Source: Nitrospirota bacterium
Lineage (GTDB): Bacteria; Nitrospirota; Thermodesulfovibrionia; Thermodesulfovibrionales; Dissulfurispiraceae
Direction of reading: 5' to 3'
DNA: 64,000 nt
Assembly: GCA_963790025.1 (NCBI GenBank)
Contig: CAWBMP010000004.1
Span: forward strand, 256,001 to 320,000
The position numbers and the translations under genes are program-made. Shown in pieces: positions 20,619 to 31,820 of the stretch. The stretch's first letter is position 1. Each line of letters opens with the position of its first letter. A model generated the notes under the pieces. The model had not been told where the DNA came from. It did not search any database and saw only the letters and a program-made list of their open reading frames with translations.

Positions 20619-20629
20619 GCATATCTCCC

Positions 20630-22099
20630 ATGACCATGGATGGAATTACTGTGCATATACTGGGTGACTCCAGTTCTTTCTCAAGAGTGGGAAAAAGTAT
20701 CGGCTATAAGGTAACCGTTGGCGGGCAAGTCTACCTGATTGACTGCGGCACGCCTCTTTTTCAGCAGATAGGAGGGCATGGACTGAAAGAGCTAAAGGGG
20801 CTTATAATCACGCACTGTCATGACGACCATAAAAGGTGGTTCAGCGACCTTGCGTTATTCCATATGTATGCCCCGGACTTCCATAATAAGGTTTCCCTGA
20901 TAACTTCCGAATCGGTCCACGAGGATTTAATTGAATCGTCAATGCCGGTGATTGGAAAGAGCCTGTCCAAAGATTCAAAGAATATTGTAGACATGGCATT
21001 CCAGGATTACATAGATTACAGGATGATAGGACCGGAAGCCGGATATAAGATTACTGCAACTCATAGGAGAGGGAAAACCCTTCTCTGCGTAACAGACAGG
21101 CAGGACAGTGTTCTTCCGCCGGATATGGCAAAAATCGTAGTCAGCAATAAGACGGGAAAGCCCCGCATGCTTTTTAAAGACCCGGATTACGGGGAGTGGA
21201 TAGAACCGGAAAGTTTTTATTCATTCTCGTCATCGGTATTCTACGGGAAAGACAGGAACGTTCTTCTGGAAAGGGACGGCTGTACTATTGAAGCGATAAA
21301 ATCCCCGGTATGGCATGGAGTTCCCGCCATAGGAATCAAGATCAAATATGGCGCTGATACATTGATATTCAGCTCCGACACTGTGCATGACAGGAAGCTC
21401 TGGAAGCAGTTATGCTCTGAAAAAAGACCGCAGATGCTTCGCATGTCGAAGAAAGAATTCGAATCCGCATCGGTGATTTACGGCGACATAAACGATTACA
21501 TTGAACGGACCTGGAGCGAAGAACGTTACAGGGACGCTATTAATGCTTTTAGCGGTGCGGCGGTGATACACGATATATCGGTCAGGAACAGTGTAGTCCA
21601 TACAGACTATGAAAAACTCGATAATACGACTTTGAGGAAAGATCGGGTGCTCCTGACACACGGCCCCGACAGGTTTACTTCCGAATGGGCCCTGAGCAAC
21701 GCAGGCAAGACATTCGTGGTCAGGGGATGCAGATTTCTTGAAATGGTCGACGGCGAACTTTTTCCTCTTGATGCGGACATTTATCACAAGGAGGAGGGCA
21801 AGTTCTATGTAGGGTACAGGAATAAGCATGGCAAATACCCCGTATATGAAAAAAAGGGGCTTTTGCAGTTTGCTTCTTACGACGGGTCCGAAGTCGGACG
21901 CCACTTGTTCAACGTCGATTTATATGAGGACATCGGCGGGAAATACTTTCCGAAACTCGAAAACGGGAAATGTATCTATCTTGAACGCAGCGATGGCCGG
22001 GTCGAGCTGTTGAAATTCACTGAAGAAGGCAGCAGAGGGAAGATAGCAGAAGACCAGAGAGTTGTTTTCGCAAAGAAAAGAAACAAACAAAAAAGCTGA
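20630..22099 (+). CDS. Metallo-beta-lactamase fold hydrolase (possible cNMP phosphodiesterase)
   Basis: ILGDSSSFS, YLIDCG, THCHDDH (HxHxDH), WHG, FSSDT and LTHG motifs. The ORF-track start at 20357 overlaps fecR and is unlikely. Confidence 0.75.
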   Translation: MTMDGITVHILGDSSSFSRVGKSIGYKVTVGGQVYLIDCGTPLFQQIGGHGLKELKGLIITHCHDDHKRWFSDLALFHMYAPDFHNKVSLITSESVHEDLIESSMPVIGKSLSKDSKNIVDMAFQDYIDYRMIGPEAGYKITATHRRGKTLLCVTDRQDSVLPPDMAKIVVSNKTGKPRMLFKDPDYGEWIEPESFYSFSSSVFYGKDRNVLLERDGCTIEAIKSPVWHGVPAIGIKIKYGADTLIFSSDTVHDRKLWKQLCSEKRPQMLRMSKKEFESASVIYGDINDYIERTWSEERYRDAINAFSGAAVIHDISVRNSVVHTDYEKLDNTTLRKDRVLLTHGPDRFTSEWALSNAGKTFVVRGCRFLEMVDGELFPLDADIYHKEEGKFYVGYRNKHGKYPVYEKKGLLQFASYDGSEVGRHLFNVDLYEDIGGKYFPKLENGKCIYLERSDGRVELLKFTEEGSRGKIAEDQRVVFAKKRNKQKS

Positions 22100-22155
22100 C
22101 TAAGTTGCAGGTTCTCCCCACAGTTATAGCTTAAACATGGTAAAATGACTATAAC

Positions 22156-22659
22156 ATGATCGCAAAGATTTCCATGACTGTGCTTTTTTTTCTTGCGGCT
22201 TTGTTGCCCGCACTGATCACGGTTGAAAACGTTTCGGCTGATGAGACGATTCCGTTTACTGCGCGGGCCGGTATCAAATTTGTCACCGTGCTGATAAATG
22301 GTGTGCCTATTGAACTCATCTTTGATACCGGGGCTGATAACATTGTTCTCAATAAGGACACATTACAGCGCCTCGGGATCACAACTTATAGCACTACACG
22401 GAAGCTCCAGGTGCAAACTGCCGGATGTGTCATAGACGGCTATGTGCTCACACTTGGTTCCATCAAGGTTGGAAATATCGAAAGATACAATTATGATATT
22501 GCCTACATCCCCTCATCCACTAAAAACCTTCTGGGGTCATCTTTCTTCACCAACTACAATTATTACATCGACGAGGATTACAAAGTGATAAGGCTGATTC
22601 CAAAGGGCAGGTTTCTTTTCGAAAACCCGGCAGGAAGTCTGGGACTAGCTCCTAACTAG
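22156..22659 (+). CDS. Retropepsin-like (clan AA) aspartic protease, secreted
   Basis: Signal peptide, V.INGV..LIFDTGAD catalytic motif, QTAG flap, LLGSSF. Confidence 0.85.
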   Translation: MIAKISMTVLFFLAALLPALITVENVSADETIPFTARAGIKFVTVLINGVPIELIFDTGADNIVLNKDTLQRLGITTYSTTRKLQVQTAGCVIDGYVLTLGSIKVGNIERYNYDIAYIPSSTKNLLGSSFFTNYNYYIDEDYKVIRLIPKGRFLFENPAGSLGLAPN

Positions 22660-23672
22660 CTTTCCGGATTGCTCATGACAACAACCCTGTTCCTTCCCGC
22701 CCCCTTGGCCTGGTATAAGGCTTCATCCGCCTTGCTTATAAGTACCCCCCTATTCTGCATTTCCTTATCGTAGTTAGAAACCCCGAGACTCACGGTAATC
22801 TCCCCTTTTGCCTCAACATCTTTTCGTATCCTCTCGGCCACCTCCAGGGCACTTTGCAGTTCTGTCTGAGGAAGCAATATAAGGAATTCCTCACCCCCGT
22901 ATCTTATCAAAAGGTCTGTCTCCCTTATGTCCTGGGAGATTATTGCTGCGAGGCTGACAAGTAAATTGTCCCCTGCAATGTGGCCGTACGTGTCATTATA
23001 TTTTTTGAAATAATCTATATCGAGCATGATGGCGGACAGATGCCTGTGATATCTCCTTGCCTCGGCGAATATCTTTTTAAACATGATTTCCATATAGCGC
23101 CTGTTGCCGCAGCCTGTAAGAGAGTCATGAAGTGAAAGCGCCTTTGCCTCTTCATAGAGTCTTGCATTTTCCATGCTTATTGTTTCAAGCTCACTCTTTT
23201 GCTTTATAATCTGCTCTTCAGCCTTCTTGCGCTCCGTGATGTCTGCTATGAGGCCGTCATAAGCGACAAGCTGCTTATTTTCATACCGCGGCACCGTTGT
23301 ATTTCTTACCCATCGAACTGAACCGTCTTTATGAGTGATTCGGTGTTCGAGAGGCTGAACAGTTTTCCCTGAAAGCACCATGTTCGCCTGAGAGATTACT
23401 GCATCCCTGTCTTTTTCATAAACCATGTCTATCCATAGGATAGGGTCAGCCTCGTATTCCTCTGAAGTATAACCTGTAACTGAAAAACAACCAGGACCAT
23501 GTATTGTTTTAACCGGGCGGCCATTCTCCACTTGAACTATATAAATATAGTCCGTAACTGCACCAACAAGCTTTCTGTAACGTTCCTCCTGAGTTTCAAG
23601 TTCGGCGATTTGTTTCCGCAACTCGATTAATTCACTCAAGAGTTGCTCTTTGGATTTTTCTTCATCTTTCAT
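22656..23672 (-). CDS. PAS-GGDEF diguanylate cyclase
   Basis: PAS_3/PAC (EHRITHKDGSVRWV..DITERK), DSLTG..NRR, DIDYFKKYNDTYGH, RETD I-site, GGEEF. Confidence 0.92.
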   Translation of the reverse strand: MKDEEKSKEQLLSELIELRKQIAELETQEERYRKLVGAVTDYIYIVQVENGRPVKTIHGPGCFSVTGYTSEEYEADPILWIDMVYEKDRDAVISQANMVLSGKTVQPLEHRITHKDGSVRWVRNTTVPRYENKQLVAYDGLIADITERKKAEEQIIKQKSELETISMENARLYEEAKALSLHDSLTGCGNRRYMEIMFKKIFAEARRYHRHLSAIMLDIDYFKKYNDTYGHIAGDNLLVSLAAIISQDIRETDLLIRYGGEEFLILLPQTELQSALEVAERIRKDVEAKGEITVSLGVSNYDKEMQNRGVLISKADEALYQAKGAGRNRVVVMSNPES

Positions 23673-23878
23673 AGTTCATACCTAACAAAAAATCCCTGTT
23701 GAATATGGCGCCATTTTTATGGGACCGGTTGAAGTCCATGCTTTTTATAACAATTTTCTTGCAATTTATCAAGAAAATAATGATTTTCTTTCATTATCGA
23801 CAAAAACAGCGAATGCTGTAGCGGGGAGTTTCCTTAAGACAGATCAATGAAACTATAAACGGCGGCTGGAATGAAACC

Positions 23879-24718
23879 TCATGGTTTTTTATCAAGGAGC
23901 CGCATGAGTCCGATGAAGTCATCATCCGCCCAACCGGCGGACATTCCCTGATCGTAGATTTTTTTAAGATGTTCTGTCTGTTCGAGTGACAGTGAGAAAT
24001 CGGCAGCGGTCTCCAATGCCAGGCGTAGATCTTTCTCCATATTCTTGAGTGAAAACTGGGGGGAGTAATCGCGCTGACGCAGCTTGGGTTCTTTAAGGTC
24101 CGAAACTCCCGAACGGGAAGCATTTCGAGCGAGCGCATTGAAATAGACTTCATCCGGGATTCCCGCCGCACGGCACAAAGTCAGGCTCTCGCATAATATT
24201 TGGGCGACGCCGGCAATGTTCAAATTCATCGCGAGTTTCAACGAAGAGGCTGAACCCAGCGGCCCGATATGGATGACAGCACTGGATATAGGTTCCAGGA
24301 TTGGGCGTGCCTTTTCGACCACTCCCGGTTCCCCACCCAGATAATAAACTGTTTGCCGCTGCTCCGCCGCAATTTTGCTTCCTGTAAAGGGCGCTTCCAA
24401 AAACAATGCACCGGTCCGCTGCACCTGTTCAGCAAAGAGTCGCGTCCATTTGGCTGAAATTGTGCTCGATTGGATCACCAATACTCCCGCGCTAAGCCTG
24501 GGGTTAATCTTGTCCAGAACAGACTGCACCGCAGAAGGGTCGGCCACGATGATGAAGATAACCTCGGCTCCTTCTACCGCCTCCTGAATGGATGCGTGAA
24601 AGTTGGGAAAATCTTTGGGCGTCCGGTTCCAGCATCGCACGGCATGTCCATCAGAGATCAGATTTTTCGCCCAGGCGCTCCCGATAATGCCTAACCCTAA
24701 CACTGAAATTTTCATCAT
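23879..24718 (-). CDS. NAD(P)-dependent oxidoreductase, beta-hydroxyacid dehydrogenase family
   Basis: GLGIIGS Rossmann motif, WNRT, SSTIS, EAPFTGS, KLAMN, KDLRLA. Confidence 0.88.
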   Translation of the reverse strand: MMKISVLGLGIIGSAWAKNLISDGHAVRCWNRTPKDFPNFHASIQEAVEGAEVIFIIVADPSAVQSVLDKINPRLSAGVLVIQSSTISAKWTRLFAEQVQRTGALFLEAPFTGSKIAAEQRQTVYYLGGEPGVVEKARPILEPISSAVIHIGPLGSASSLKLAMNLNIAGVAQILCESLTLCRAAGIPDEVYFNALARNASRSGVSDLKEPKLRQRDYSPQFSLKNMEKDLRLALETAADFSLSLEQTEHLKKIYDQGMSAGWADDDFIGLMRLLDKKP

Positions 24719-24851
24719 TAGCTGTCCTTTCTTGATCGCGATCAAATATTATGCACGGAGTGTGTTTCATTATACCAGTTTTCGCATACTCGTACCAGCA
24801 GAGAAAGCTTCTCCCATATAGTCGCCGTCTTCGGCAATTGCAGGACCAATT

Positions 24852-26753
24852 TCAGCTTGTTCCATCCAGAACTTCCCGCACCACTGTTGCCAGTCTTTTT
24901 GGCGTAACGGGTTTCTGCAGGAATACAATACGGTTCTCCCCCAGGCCTTCATGAAAAACAGGTTTGTCTCCATATCCGGACATGAGAATAACCTTTATCC
25001 CGGGCCATTTTTCAATAAATAATTTCCCAAGTTCGCTCCCCTTCATCCCGGGCATCACCAGGTCCGTCATTAAAAGGTCTATCTTTCCTTCAGCCTGGCT
25101 TCCTATCTTCAACGCTTCCTCTGCACTATCTGCTTCTGTTACCCGGTACCCCAACGGCTGAAACACATCGATGACAAACTGTCTGATGAGGGGTTCATCA
25201 TCAACCACCAGTATTCTTTCCGTTCCGTTAAATGTTGCAGGCGCCTCATCTTTTTTTATCTTTTTTGCCTCTTCCGTGATCGCCGGCAAATAGACCTTGA
25301 AAGTCGTTCCTTTACCCTGCTCGCTATATATCCATATATATCCGTTGTGCTGCCTGACGATGCCATGAGTGGTTGACAAGCCGAGCCCCGTGCCTTTTCC
25401 CGCTTCCTTGGTTGTAAAAAAAGGCTCGAAGATCCTATCCTGCACTTCACGGCTCATCCCGATGCCGTTGTCAGCTACCGAAAGCATCACATAAGGTCCC
25501 GGTTTTACCAACTGACTGTGCATAAGCGAGTACGTCTCATCAAGATATACATCATCAGTTTCGACAGTCAGCCGTCCTCCGTCAGGCATGGCATCGCGGG
25601 CGTTTATAACAAGATTCATTAATATCTGCTCTATCTGCCCGGCGTCAGCCAATATATTCCTGACAGGCCGTAAGGTATTCAGTTCCAGCTCTATGTCCTC
25701 TCCTATAGTCCTCGCAAATATCTTGCCCATGTTCCAAACAATTTCGTTTATATTGAGAGGTCTCATTTCCAGCATCTGCTTCCTGCTGAAAGCCAAAAGC
25801 TGCTTCACTAAATCTCCCGCCCTTTCTCCGGCATCCCTGATGACCTTGAGTTTCTCTTTCGCAAAGTGATCGTCGGGAAGTTGGGTCAGTATCAAATCGC
25901 TGTAGCCTATAATAGATGTCAGCAAATTATTAAAATCATGGGCCACTCCGCCGGCAAGCTGTCCTATGGCATCCATTCTAAGTGATTGCTGGAGCTGCGC
26001 CTCAAGATTTCTCTTTTCCTCGTCTATCCTCTTTCGTTCGGTGATGTCATACATAGTCGAGCGGCTCATCACAAAATTACCGTCAGCATCGTTTATTGCT
26101 GTTGCACTGAGAAGTACCTGCAAGGTCGTGCCGTCTTTACGCAGCATTTCGACTTCAATATCCTTCACCCATCCCCTTTCCTTGAAAACAGGGAAACTCT
26201 CATTAAAAGTCTTTATACTCCCGGGCGTGATGAGATCGGAAAACTTTTTCTTTCTTATGATTTCACTACGGCTGTATCCCAGCCATGAAAGTTCTGTATC
26301 ATTGATAAGAACATATAAGCCGTCTTTATCCAGCGAGTGATATCCACATGGGGCGTTGTTGTACAAATCCAGCATGTCCTCAAAGAGCTTCTGGCGCTCC
26401 TCTGCCGCTTTCCGGAATTTTGCCTCGGATTCGCGCCAACCATCCTCAGAGCGTTTTATCGACAGGAAAATGGGGGCAATCCATGCTATGCCGAGGACCA
26501 TGCATATCGAGGTCAGCAAGGAGAACAATTCATTTGTCATGTAGGGCCGGCCTGTATTCATATATCCGAATCTGAACAGCTCAGCCCCTCTCCTAAGGGC
26601 ACCGACAATAATTGCCAGAGAAATAAGTATCCAGGCACCCCTTTTACCTGTAATGCGAATCATTCTGACAGACAGGTATGCCGCCGAAAATTGAAGGAAT
26701 GTGGACAACGCCATAACTATGAGCAGGATCATATTTGTCCTCGTGAGTTCCAA
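24852..26753 (-). CDS. Membrane PAS hybrid histidine kinase/response regulator
   Basis: N-terminal TMs, [15 protein letters not shown]-box, [22 protein letters not shown]-terminal receiver (LVVDD..DLVMPG..QKP). Confidence 0.92.
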   Translation of the reverse strand: MELTRTNMILLIVMALSTFLQFSAAYLSVRMIRITGKRGAWILISLAIIVGALRRGAELFRFGYMNTGRPYMTNELFSLLTSICMVLGIAWIAPIFLSIKRSEDGWRESEAKFRKAAEERQKLFEDMLDLYNNAPCGYHSLDKDGLYVLINDTELSWLGYSRSEIIRKKKFSDLITPGSIKTFNESFPVFKERGWVKDIEVEMLRKDGTTLQVLLSATAINDADGNFVMSRSTMYDITERKRIDEEKRNLEAQLQQSLRMDAIGQLAGGVAHDFNNLLTSIIGYSDLILTQLPDDHFAKEKLKVIRDAGERAGDLVKQLLAFSRKQMLEMRPLNINEIVWNMGKIFARTIGEDIELELNTLRPVRNILADAGQIEQILMNLVINARDAMPDGGRLTVETDDVYLDETYSLMHSQLVKPGPYVMLSVADNGIGMSREVQDRIFEPFFTTKEAGKGTGLGLSTTHGIVRQHNGYIWIYSEQGKGTTFKVYLPAITEEAKKIKKDEAPATFNGTERILVVDDEPLIRQFVIDVFQPLGYRVTEADSAEEALKIGSQAEGKIDLLMTDLVMPGMKGSELGKLFIEKWPGIKVILMSGYGDKPVFHEGLGENRIVFLQKPVTPKRLATVVREVLDGTS

Positions 26754-26818
26754 AAAAATGCCGCTTAGTCTAAAATCTCTCTTGGTTTTACAAGAAGGTC
26801 ATAAGACGTAACGGTCTT

Positions 26819-27841
26819 TTACGGTCTTCTGCTTAATTCATGCACTGCATCAACCAGCGCAATCGCATTTTCGACCGGTGTTTCGGGGAGTATCCCATGA
26901 CCCAGATTAAAGATATGCCCTTTTGCTCCCCGCACACCGTTCAGTATCTGCGCAACCCTGTCTTTAATCAATTCCCTGGTCCCAAAAAGGGTGCAAGGAT
27001 CGAGGTTGCCCTGGACTACCACATTCTTGCCCAATGCGCTGACCGCATCTTGCATATCTATCCGCCAGTCAAGCCCGAGTATGTCGGCCCCTGAATTCTC
27101 AACCCTCTTGAGCATGGCGCTTCCGTTGAAGGCAAAATAAATGACCGGAATTTCTCCTTTGAATGTCGAGATAATCCGCTGCACATACGGCAATGCGTAA
27201 CGCTCAAAATCTGCAGGTGAGAGCACGCCCGCCCAGGAATCGAATAAGTTGATAGCGTGGACCCCGGCGCCTTTCTGGGCCTGAAGGTAATTGATTACCG
27301 TGGAGGTGATCTTGTCCATCAATGACGCATAAAGCTCCGGGGCCTGGTACATCATTTTCTTCGTATTAATGAAGTTCTTCGAGCTGCCGCCTTCGATCAT
27401 ATAAGTGGCCAGTGTAAAAGGCGCCCCGGAAAAACCGATCAAAGGGACTTGCAGCCTGTTTATCAATATCCTTATCGCATCAGTAACAAAAGGGACATCC
27501 TCTTCGGCCCTGATGCTCCTGAGCCGCGAAACGGCGGCAGCGCTCCTTATGGGATCGGACAACACAGGGCCCTTTGATTCTGAAAATTCGAGTTTCATGC
27601 CCATAGGCTCAAGCGGTATAAGAATATCGGAAAAAAGGATGGCAACATCAACATGAAGAATATCCACGGGCTGTATGGTCACTTCAGCTGCAAGTTCAGG
27701 GGTCTTGCAGAGGGTCAGAAAGTCAACCCTGGACCGCACCTTTTGATATTGTGGGAGGTACCTCCCGGCCTGTCTCATAAGCCACACGGGAGTATAGGCC
27801 GTCTTTTCGCCCCGGCAAGCTTTCAGAAAGGTATCATTCAT
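26819..27841 (-). CDS. hemE: Uroporphyrinogen decarboxylase
   Basis: PVWLMRQAGRYLP, AILFSDIL, GFSGAPFTLATY, FNLGHG. Confidence 0.96.
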   Translation of the reverse strand: MNDTFLKACRGEKTAYTPVWLMRQAGRYLPQYQKVRSRVDFLTLCKTPELAAEVTIQPVDILHVDVAILFSDILIPLEPMGMKLEFSESKGPVLSDPIRSAAAVSRLRSIRAEEDVPFVTDAIRILINRLQVPLIGFSGAPFTLATYMIEGGSSKNFINTKKMMYQAPELYASLMDKITSTVINYLQAQKGAGVHAINLFDSWAGVLSPADFERYALPYVQRIISTFKGEIPVIYFAFNGSAMLKRVENSGADILGLDWRIDMQDAVSALGKNVVVQGNLDPCTLFGTRELIKDRVAQILNGVRGAKGHIFNLGHGILPETPVENAIALVDAVHELSRRP

Positions 27842-27946
27842 AAAATCTCCTAAAAAGTAAGTAGTACGCAGTACGCAGCAGGCAGCAAAAGATTAAAAAC
27901 AGAGACTTGACCAATATCTTTTTCTTTACTGATTACCGCCTACTGC

Positions 27947-29011
27947 TTACTTCTTAGCTGTCTTTAGAGGTATATAGCTGCAAAACGGTTCTTCGGCAAG
28001 GTAGTCTCCGTGCACCGAATAAGCCCGGGCCCTGCATCCGCCGCATACGTTGATGTATTCGCAGGAACCGCATTTCCCCTTGTATCTTTTGAAATCCCTC
28101 ATATCCTTAAACAGCTCAGAGTTTTCCCATATATCCTTGAAGGACTGCTCTTTCAAGTTCCCTGCAGGTTTTGGAAAGTAGCTGCATGGAAGGACGTTGC
28201 CGTCAACATCGATGAGGCATATTAGCTGTCCTGCCAGGCATCCCTTGGAACCGCCTGTCGAAAACTTGAGCGTGCGCCGTTGAACTTTTGTCCCGGCTTC
28301 CTTCGATTTCTGCAGTGCCACCCTGTAGTAGTGAGGAGCGCAGGTGGGCCTTACCAGGATATCATGCTCATCCTTTTCCATCTCGAAATGCCAATCGAGG
28401 ATTTTTTCGTAGTCCTCTTTGGAGATGAGTTCGGCCATGATGTCCTCACCCCTCCCGGTAGGAACAATCATAAACATGTACCATGCGGTCGCCCCCAGCT
28501 CTTTTGCGAGCCTGTAGACTTGGGGGATATCCTCCTGGTTGCGTCCGGTAAAGGATGAATTGATGATAAATTCAATGCCGTTTTTCTTAAAAAGCCTTGC
28601 GGCATTCAACGTTCCGTCAAAGGCGCCCTTTTCATTCCTGAAGTTGTCATGTACAGCGGCAGTGGAACCGTCCAGGCTCATGGATACGATCCTGATGCCG
28701 GCGGCCTTTATTTTTTGGCATACTTCGTCGGTAACAAGCGTGCCGTTGGTTGCAAGGCACATCCTGAGCCCTTTGTCGCTGCCATATCTCGCTATATCAA
28801 ACACGTCTTTTCTGATAAGCGGCTCTCCGCCCGACAAAACGACCACGGGACTGGCATACCCTGCAATGTCATCCAGTATTCGGTGGGCCTCACCGATAGG
28901 AAAATCCGGGTGTCCGCTGATCTCCATTTCCGATGAGGAACGGCAGTGAACACATTTGAGATTGCAGCGCCGGGTGATTTCCCAGGCTATCCATTTAGGT
29001 GTAAATTCCAC
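27947..29011 (-). CDS. Radical SAM/SPASM heme biosynthesis protein (AhbD/NirJ-like)
   Basis: [40 protein letters not shown] cysteines CGGCRARAY; adjacent to hemE. Confidence 0.8.
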   Translation of the reverse strand: MEFTPKWIAWEITRRCNLKCVHCRSSSEMEISGHPDFPIGEAHRILDDIAGYASPVVVLSGGEPLIRKDVFDIARYGSDKGLRMCLATNGTLVTDEVCQKIKAAGIRIVSMSLDGSTAAVHDNFRNEKGAFDGTLNAARLFKKNGIEFIINSSFTGRNQEDIPQVYRLAKELGATAWYMFMIVPTGRGEDIMAELISKEDYEKILDWHFEMEKDEHDILVRPTCAPHYYRVALQKSKEAGTKVQRRTLKFSTGGSKGCLAGQLICLIDVDGNVLPCSYFPKPAGNLKEQSFKDIWENSELFKDMRDFKRYKGKCGSCEYINVCGGCRARAYSVHGDYLAEEPFCSYIPLKTAKK

Positions 29012-29075
29012 AGTACTCTTATAATACCTTGTATAACCAGGAAATGAAAGTATCGGTAGTGGTCGATACTTTCCT

Positions 29076-30701
29076 CTACGCTACGGCATGCGCTTCCCAG
29101 ATGCTTTGCTCAATCGTCTTTAGTAAAGGGGCAAGGGTTTCAGGCCGCTTTGCCGATATGGCAACCGCATTATATCGTGCCTCCATGTATGCCGCTTCCT
29201 CTTTTGACATCATGTCAAGTTTATTGAAAACAAGCAGCCTCGGCTTGTTGTCCAGCTCGAGGTCTTTCAAAATCTTTTCGACTGACGCTATCTGCTGCTC
29301 ATACCGCGGGCTGGCCATATCGACAAGATGGATAAGCAGGTCGGCATCTTCGAGCTCTTCGAGAGTCGCTTTAAAAGCGGCAAAGAGGTCTGCGGGAAGG
29401 TCTCTAATGAAACCGACCGTGTCGGTTATAATAATCTCTCTCTCCCGGGGGAACCTCAGTCTCCTGCTTGCTGTGTCGAGCGTAGCAAACATCTTGTCCT
29501 CGACAATAGTGGAACTAAGAGTCATCGCATTCAGCAGTGTGGACTTGCCGGCGTTGGTGTATCCTATTATCGAGACAATCGGTATCCTGTTTTCAACCCT
29601 CCGCTGCTTGCGCTGTCTCCGCGCCTCGCTCAGTACCTTAAGCTCCTTTTCAAGCCTCACTATCCTGTCACGAATACGCCGCCTGTCGATTTCGAGCTTC
29701 ATTTCTCCCGGTCCCCTGCCCCCAATGCCACCCATCAGCCTCGACATTGCGGTCCCTTTCCCGGTCAGCCGCGGCAACATATATTTGAGCTGAGCAAGCT
29801 CAACCTGCGCCTTACCGTCACGGCTGTGCGCCCTTCTGGCGAATATGTCCAGAATCAGCTGGGCCCGGTCTATGACCTTGAGCTCCGTGGTCTCGGCAAT
29901 CGCCCTAATCTGGGACGGCGCAAGGTCCTGATCGAAAACAAGCAGCGTCGCACCTTTATCCATAGCATTGATAACAATTTCCCTGAGTTTTCCTTCTCCC
30001 AGCACGTATTTAGGATTTGCCTCTCTCAGCCGCTGTACCACAGTATCCAGAACAACCACATCACTGGAATGGGCCAGCTCTTTTAATTCCTCCATGGTAT
30101 CTTCCATCCCTGAGCGCGTTCCCACCGATGCGGAGACCAGGATTGCCCGCTCACGTGGATCCTTTTGGTCGATGACCCTGGACCTCTCCATTTCATCTTC
30201 CAGGGCGCTGACAAAACCTTTGAAATCGAGGTCAAACCGGTAAAAGTCCGCAGTTATTGTTTCGTATTTTTTCCCGGAACCGTAGGGCATAAGATGGGCG
30301 GCATAAATAGTATGAGGGAGGCTGTCTTTTATGCTTATTGCCGCGATCATATCGAACCTGAGAAGGGCAAGATCGGAGAGGTCCTCATTGTTAAGAGGTT
30401 CATCCCTGAGATGAGTGTGGATATATCTTAGACCTCTCAAGGCCTTTTTCCCGAGGGGATAAGCGTCGAGTTCAGGGATAAAAACACCATTCGCGGTACC
30501 GACTATCACATGAGTTATGGAACCGTTTCTCGCTGCCAATATGCCTATCTGCCTGCCAAGATCATGAGAGAGAGCGGTAAGGTATCGGGTCAGCTCGGGC
30601 GTAATTAAAGGACCGGCCGGTATTTTCCTGCGATATATCCTCTCAAGAGACGAAAGGGAATGTTTCTTTAAACCTGTTATATTTCCGTAAACAGTCGCGA
30701 T
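29076..30701 (-). CDS. hflX: GTPase HflX (long form); start codon uncertain
   Basis: [40 protein letters not shown]. The ORF-track ATG at 30842 looks spurious; an in-frame ATC at 30701 follows GGAGG. Confidence 0.93.
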   Translation of the reverse strand: MATVYGNITGLKKHSLSSLERIYRRKIPAGPLITPELTRYLTALSHDLGRQIGILAARNGSITHVIVGTANGVFIPELDAYPLGKKALRGLRYIHTHLRDEPLNNEDLSDLALLRFDMIAAISIKDSLPHTIYAAHLMPYGSGKKYETITADFYRFDLDFKGFVSALEDEMERSRVIDQKDPRERAILVSASVGTRSGMEDTMEELKELAHSSDVVVLDTVVQRLREANPKYVLGEGKLREIVINAMDKGATLLVFDQDLAPSQIRAIAETTELKVIDRAQLILDIFARRAHSRDGKAQVELAQLKYMLPRLTGKGTAMSRLMGGIGGRGPGEMKLEIDRRRIRDRIVRLEKELKVLSEARRQRKQRRVENRIPIVSIIGYTNAGKSTLLNAMTLSSTIVEDKMFATLDTASRRLRFPREREIIITDTVGFIRDLPADLFAAFKATLEELEDADLLIHLVDMASPRYEQQIASVEKILKDLELDNKPRLLVFNKLDMMSKEEAAYMEARYNAVAISAKRPETLAPLLKTIEQSIWEAHAVA

Positions 30702-30739
30702 AGCATCCTCCGTCTTTATTTTATCAGACAAAAACCTCC

Positions 30740-30768
30740 TTGACAACAGATCACATTTTCTATACAGT
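30740..30768 (+). promoter_or_regulatory. sigma70-type promoter for the small gene at 30909
   Basis: TTGACA (30740-45), 17-nt spacer, TACAGT (30763-68). Confidence 0.55.
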
Positions 30769-30908
30769 TTACTTAAAGAGCAAAAGAAGTAAGCAGTAGG
30801 GAGTAAGCAGCTAAGGACAAGTAGGAAAGACCTATAAGTCATTTTTTTATTCTTTATATTTTGCTACTTGCTGCCTACTGCTTACTATTAACTATACGGG
30901 GAGGCACT

Positions 30909-31166
30909 ATGGGCTACTCACAAGTCGCTTTGGAGAACAAGATACTGGAAATGTACCCGGAGATAGCAAAAAACGGCCTGTCAATCGGACTCAGCTATAA
31001 CACGGACAAAGATGCCTGGATTGTGAAACTCAGCAAAGGCCCCAAAGAATTAACGACCCATCTCGATAAAAAAGATGCTGATGACTGCATGAACAACATA
31101 AAATGTGTATATCTGGGTATACAGGTAGAACAGTTTATAAAAAATTTCGAGGAAAGGAAACCATAG
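30909..31166 (+). CDS. Small hypothetical protein (85 aa)
   Basis: GGGGAGG RBS, ATG 30909, protein-like composition, followed by a hairpin. Confidence 0.75.
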   Translation: MGYSQVALENKILEMYPEIAKNGLSIGLSYNTDKDAWIVKLSKGPKELTTHLDKKDADDCMNNIKCVYLGIQVEQFIKNFEERKP

Positions 31167-31171
31167 AAAAA

Positions 31172-31210
31172 AAGTGAGAGGTTGGACCTCCAGCCTCCAA
31201 CCTTTCACTT
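31172..31210. terminator. Inverted repeat between convergent genes
   Basis: AAGTGAGAGGTTGGA...TCCAACCTTTCACTT. Confidence 0.6.
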
Positions 31211-31211
31211 C

Positions 31212-31817
31212 TCACCTTTTTATGGATTTTACGTACCTGTAAGTCAGGTAGACTGCAAGCGAAATCGTGAGCAATACGACGGCTGCATGCTCTGCTCTGT
31301 GCAGGTTTTTTGTGATAATTTCAAGGCTGTTTCCACCCATATAACCTGCCCCGATCATCAGCGTCATAGTGAAAAGAGAGGAGAAGGCGTCGGCGGCGAG
31401 AAATTTAAGGGGAGACATCTTCATGACGCCTGCGGCAAGGAATATCTGTGCCCTTAACCCGATCAGATGTCTTCCTAAAATAATCAGCATGACACCTCTT
31501 TTGACAAATTGTTGCTCAAGGTCCAGGAGTCTTTGCAGAGATATGAATTTACGGAATGCCGGATGGTAGATAACCATTCGGCCGTATTTGTTGCCTGCCA
31601 AAAAAATAAAGAAGTCGGCGATAAGCAAACCGGCATAAACAACCAGTATGGCAGGGACGGGTTTTACCACTTCAGCAGATATAAGAAAACCGCAGAGAAT
31701 AAGTGTAGCGTCCTCGGGGAAAGGCAGGCCGATGCCTCCAAGAATAAGAAGCACGAATAATCCCATATAGGGGAATTGCTCTAAAATTCCCGAAACCCAG
31801 GACATTCGGTCGAACAC
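31212..31817 (-). CDS. DedA family membrane protein
   Basis: GIGLPFPED, GRHLIGLR, AGVMKM..KFL. Confidence 0.88.
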   Translation of the reverse strand: MFDRMSWVSGILEQFPYMGLFVLLILGGIGLPFPEDATLILCGFLISAEVVKPVPAILVVYAGLLIADFFIFLAGNKYGRMVIYHPAFRKFISLQRLLDLEQQFVKRGVMLIILGRHLIGLRAQIFLAAGVMKMSPLKFLAADAFSSLFTMTLMIGAGYMGGNSLEIITKNLHRAEHAAVVLLTISLAVYLTYRYVKSIKR

Positions 31818-31820
31818 CTA

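Noticed and set aside
20357..20629. N-terminal extension of the MBL protein
   Set aside because: It overlaps fecR in another frame; MBL motifs begin only after ATG 20630/20636.
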